The notes under the pieces were generated by a model. It was not told the DNA's origin. It was given only the letters and a program-made list of their open reading frames with translations, and searched no databases. A stretch of 64,000 nucleotides of DNA from Elsinoe ampelina (taxonomy: Eukaryota), in assembly GCA_010093995.1 (NCBI GenBank), contig ML992513.1:230578-294577 (forward strand). The letters are read 5' to 3'. This document shows positions 61,640-64,000 of this stretch, one piece after another. A program made the position numbers and the translations under genes. Position 1 is the stretch's first letter. The number at the start of each line of letters is the position of its first letter.

Positions 61640-64000
61640 TATCGTAATATAGAGAACGCCTATTTAACTAAATAGTCCGTTAGTAGTAGAACTAATTACT
61701 ATTAAGCCCCGGGCGTAAGCGCTACGTAGGATATTTAAGTACATTATGTAAGCGGAACTAGCTACTACTAAGTGCCGCTCTAATACTAAGCTCTTATAAT
61801 TGCCTCCTCCTCTAGGAGAGCTATCCTTAGCTCTCGACCGGAAGTGTGTAATATATAGTATTATTTAGAGGTAATATAGGCGTAAGGTAGTTAAGGCATT
61901 TTTATAAAGGCCTCGTATATGTCTTATATAATGTCTAGTAGTAGTAGTCCTAGGAATCTAGTTCCTAGGGGAGCGTTTGTCTAGTCGCTATAGCGCTAAA
62001 GCTAATCGGCAGTAATAATATTACTTTTCTTAGAATTTCTAGTAGTATTATAGGAGATATACGCCTTGTGCTAGTAGCTATAATAAAGATATAGTACACT
62101 AGAGGTTAGTCTATATTATCTTATTATTCCCCCTTATGTTCTTCTTTTCTACCTAAAACACATTTATATTTTATTAACCTCTTACTATATAAGTATACTA
62201 CCTATAACTATTATATTATTTAACTCCGGCCCCCCTATAGCTAACACTTATAGCGTAAGGTCTACTAGCGCCTAGGGAGCTATTACTGCTAGCGCTAACT
62301 CTATAACTCTCTTACTTTCTAAAGAGAAGGCTAATACCTATACTAGGTATACTAATAGCGTCGCTAAGAGTAAGCTAATAGAGCTCTTATAAGGGACATA
62401 ACTAATTTATAGTAGGTCGTGTCTATACTAGAGGTAACTTTAGTATCTTCTTCTATTATAAGTGCGAACACTACGCCTATAATAAGTATATATACGAGCT
62501 ACTTCTATCTATCCTATATAACTTATACATCGACGCCTTTAACATAGTTACTAAGCTTAAGGCCCCCGACTAGGCCGGCATCACTGTAGCTAAGAAGTAT
62601 ATATATACTATAGCCTATAAGAACGTCTCTAAGGTTAAGAAGTTTAAGACTATACTTAAGGTATACTACACTAATAAGAACAAGGTCGTTAGTAAGGTCT
62701 TAACTCCTCGTATAGGGCCTATAGGTAGCTTACTTAGTAGTGTTATACTTAAGCGTAAGAAGGTTAAGAAACTATAGAAGATTAGGTATAGCCTTTATAG
62801 CTTAATTACTATCGGCAAGGAGGTAAGTTAAACTATGCTCTATATGCGTTATAAACATAGCTAATAGGTTTAGATAGTGCGTAACTCTAGTAGTTCTACT
62901 ACTAAAATCGACTATATTATAGCTAGTAGGTAGCTTATAGCCCCTATAGCACCTATAGGGGAGAATCTTAGTATAGAGGTAAACGAGGAGGATAGTAAGG
63001 ATAAGTAGGCACATACGAGACAGGTGTACGTCCCTAGCGCTATACCTATAATAAGGCCTTATATAGAGCATAATAGAGCATAGAGTTTAGGTTAATACCC
63101 GTAATAGTAGCGCAAGTATAGCGCTTTATTAAAATATATTTCCCTAGGTAAGGAGTCTACTCTTTACTCTATTTATATATTTATATAATCTATCTACTTA
63201 TATACTCTATAATCTACGCCTTTAGTAACCTTTCTTAGCTACTCTTAGCTATAACTTGTATATAGTAATTAGCTCTCTTATATTTACGTAATTCTCTTTA
63301 GGTTCCTAGCTATTAAACTTAATAGGCTAGTCCTTCTACTTTACTAAGTAGAATACCTTACCCTTTGTAGTTCTCCTGCCTAGAATCTTCTCTACTATCT
63401 ACTTATCTACTTCGTTAGCGAGAGGTATACTCTCTTCTAGCTCCTTACTAGCTTTACCTATCTATAGTTTAAGAAGAGATATATAAAAGACATTATAGAT
63501 GTAATACTAACTCAGTAAAGCTAGGTAATACGCCTATAATTTAATTGTGTCAAGTATATAGAATAGGCTAAGGAATTGTAGTTCTATCTTCTTCTTTAGT
63601 ATAGGTAGCTATAAGTTCTTAGCCGAGAGTAGTACTAAGTTACCTATACTATATACCTTTAGTATATACTTCCTATTGTAGTACTTAGCCTAGTAGGCGG
63701 AAGCCTCTTTCTATTACTCTACTAGCTTCGTATATATGTCTTATAAGCGTTATACTAACTCTACTACTACTAGTACTCTTCTCTCTAAAGTCTTGTCCCG
63801 AGACTTAATAGCTATTACCTCTAACTCTAGATAGTAGCTATATATTATTTAGAAGAGGCTTATACGTAGTATAGTATAAACGCTATTATTGCTTATAAAT
63901 TCCACTTGTAATAGACGTTCGGCCTAGTCGTTCTATAGCTCTATATAGTAGTACCTTAGGTACTATTCTAACATCTAGTTTTACTACTTAGTTTAACTAT
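61640..64000 (-). mobile_element. RIP-degraded Gypsy chromovirus, family B (3' LTR ~61640-62123, PPT, 3' region, chromodomain, integrase; runs off the window)
   Basis: - strand de-RIPed DGQTERQNQMLEQYLR, FLGPF, IHNVFHVSLL and VEKILG...FYLVKWKDW...SWEP at 63210-64000. PPT aagggggaa at ~62127-62135. Not alignable by eye to family A; LTR limits approximate. Confidence 0.8.
62213..62933 (+). pseudogene. Antisense, two-intron Cys6-cluster gene inside Gypsy B (RIP-degraded)
   Basis: Introns 62370-62412 (or 62415) and 62823-62867. Spliced Cys spacing is C-x2-C-x9/10-C-x12-C-x2-C-x6-C. Gene ends uncertain. Confidence 0.55.

Noticed and set aside
1..64000. tRNA, rRNA, snoRNA, telomere repeats, CRISPR arrays
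   Set aside because: None recognised by eye. The few TGATGA...CTGA pairs lack convincing spacing or stems. tRNAscan-SE and Infernal would be needed to exclude small RNAs.

Overview
Eukaryotic DNA from a filamentous ascomycete (Pezizomycotina; probably a Dothideomycete, which is inference). About 20 intron-containing genes sit in two GC-balanced islands (8.25-26.15 kb and 35.8-59.25 kb). They are separated and flanked by AT-rich, TpA-saturated transposon relics typical of RIP mutation. The repeats are nested: a Gypsy chromovirus (family A) inside a Copia element (left end), a second family-A copy inside a Fot1/pogo DNA transposon (middle), and a different chromovirus (family B) inside another copy of the same Copia family (right end). 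Genes include RAE1/GLE2, a small secreted Cys-rich protein, an OPT transporter, an SDR, an APH-like kinase, a P450, NIP7, NOC3, an F-box protein, Sec61-beta, xylose reductase, a PPR protein, RSM25, an endosulfine (IGO1), SFM1, PalA/RIM20, a NirA-like Zn2Cys6 factor and an MFS sugar transporter. Three observations stand out. (1) Both chromovirus families appear to carry an antisense, intron-bearing gene between pol and the PPT, which after RIP reversal reads as a Zn(II)2Cys6-like cluster plus helical tail. (2) The xylose reductase has a hidden upstream exon that would add a 47-aa mitochondrial presequence. (3) Four sharp C-rich-to-G-rich strand-skew switches run through coding sequence. All protein readings of RIP-degraded DNA are manual reconstructions, and no database searches were run.
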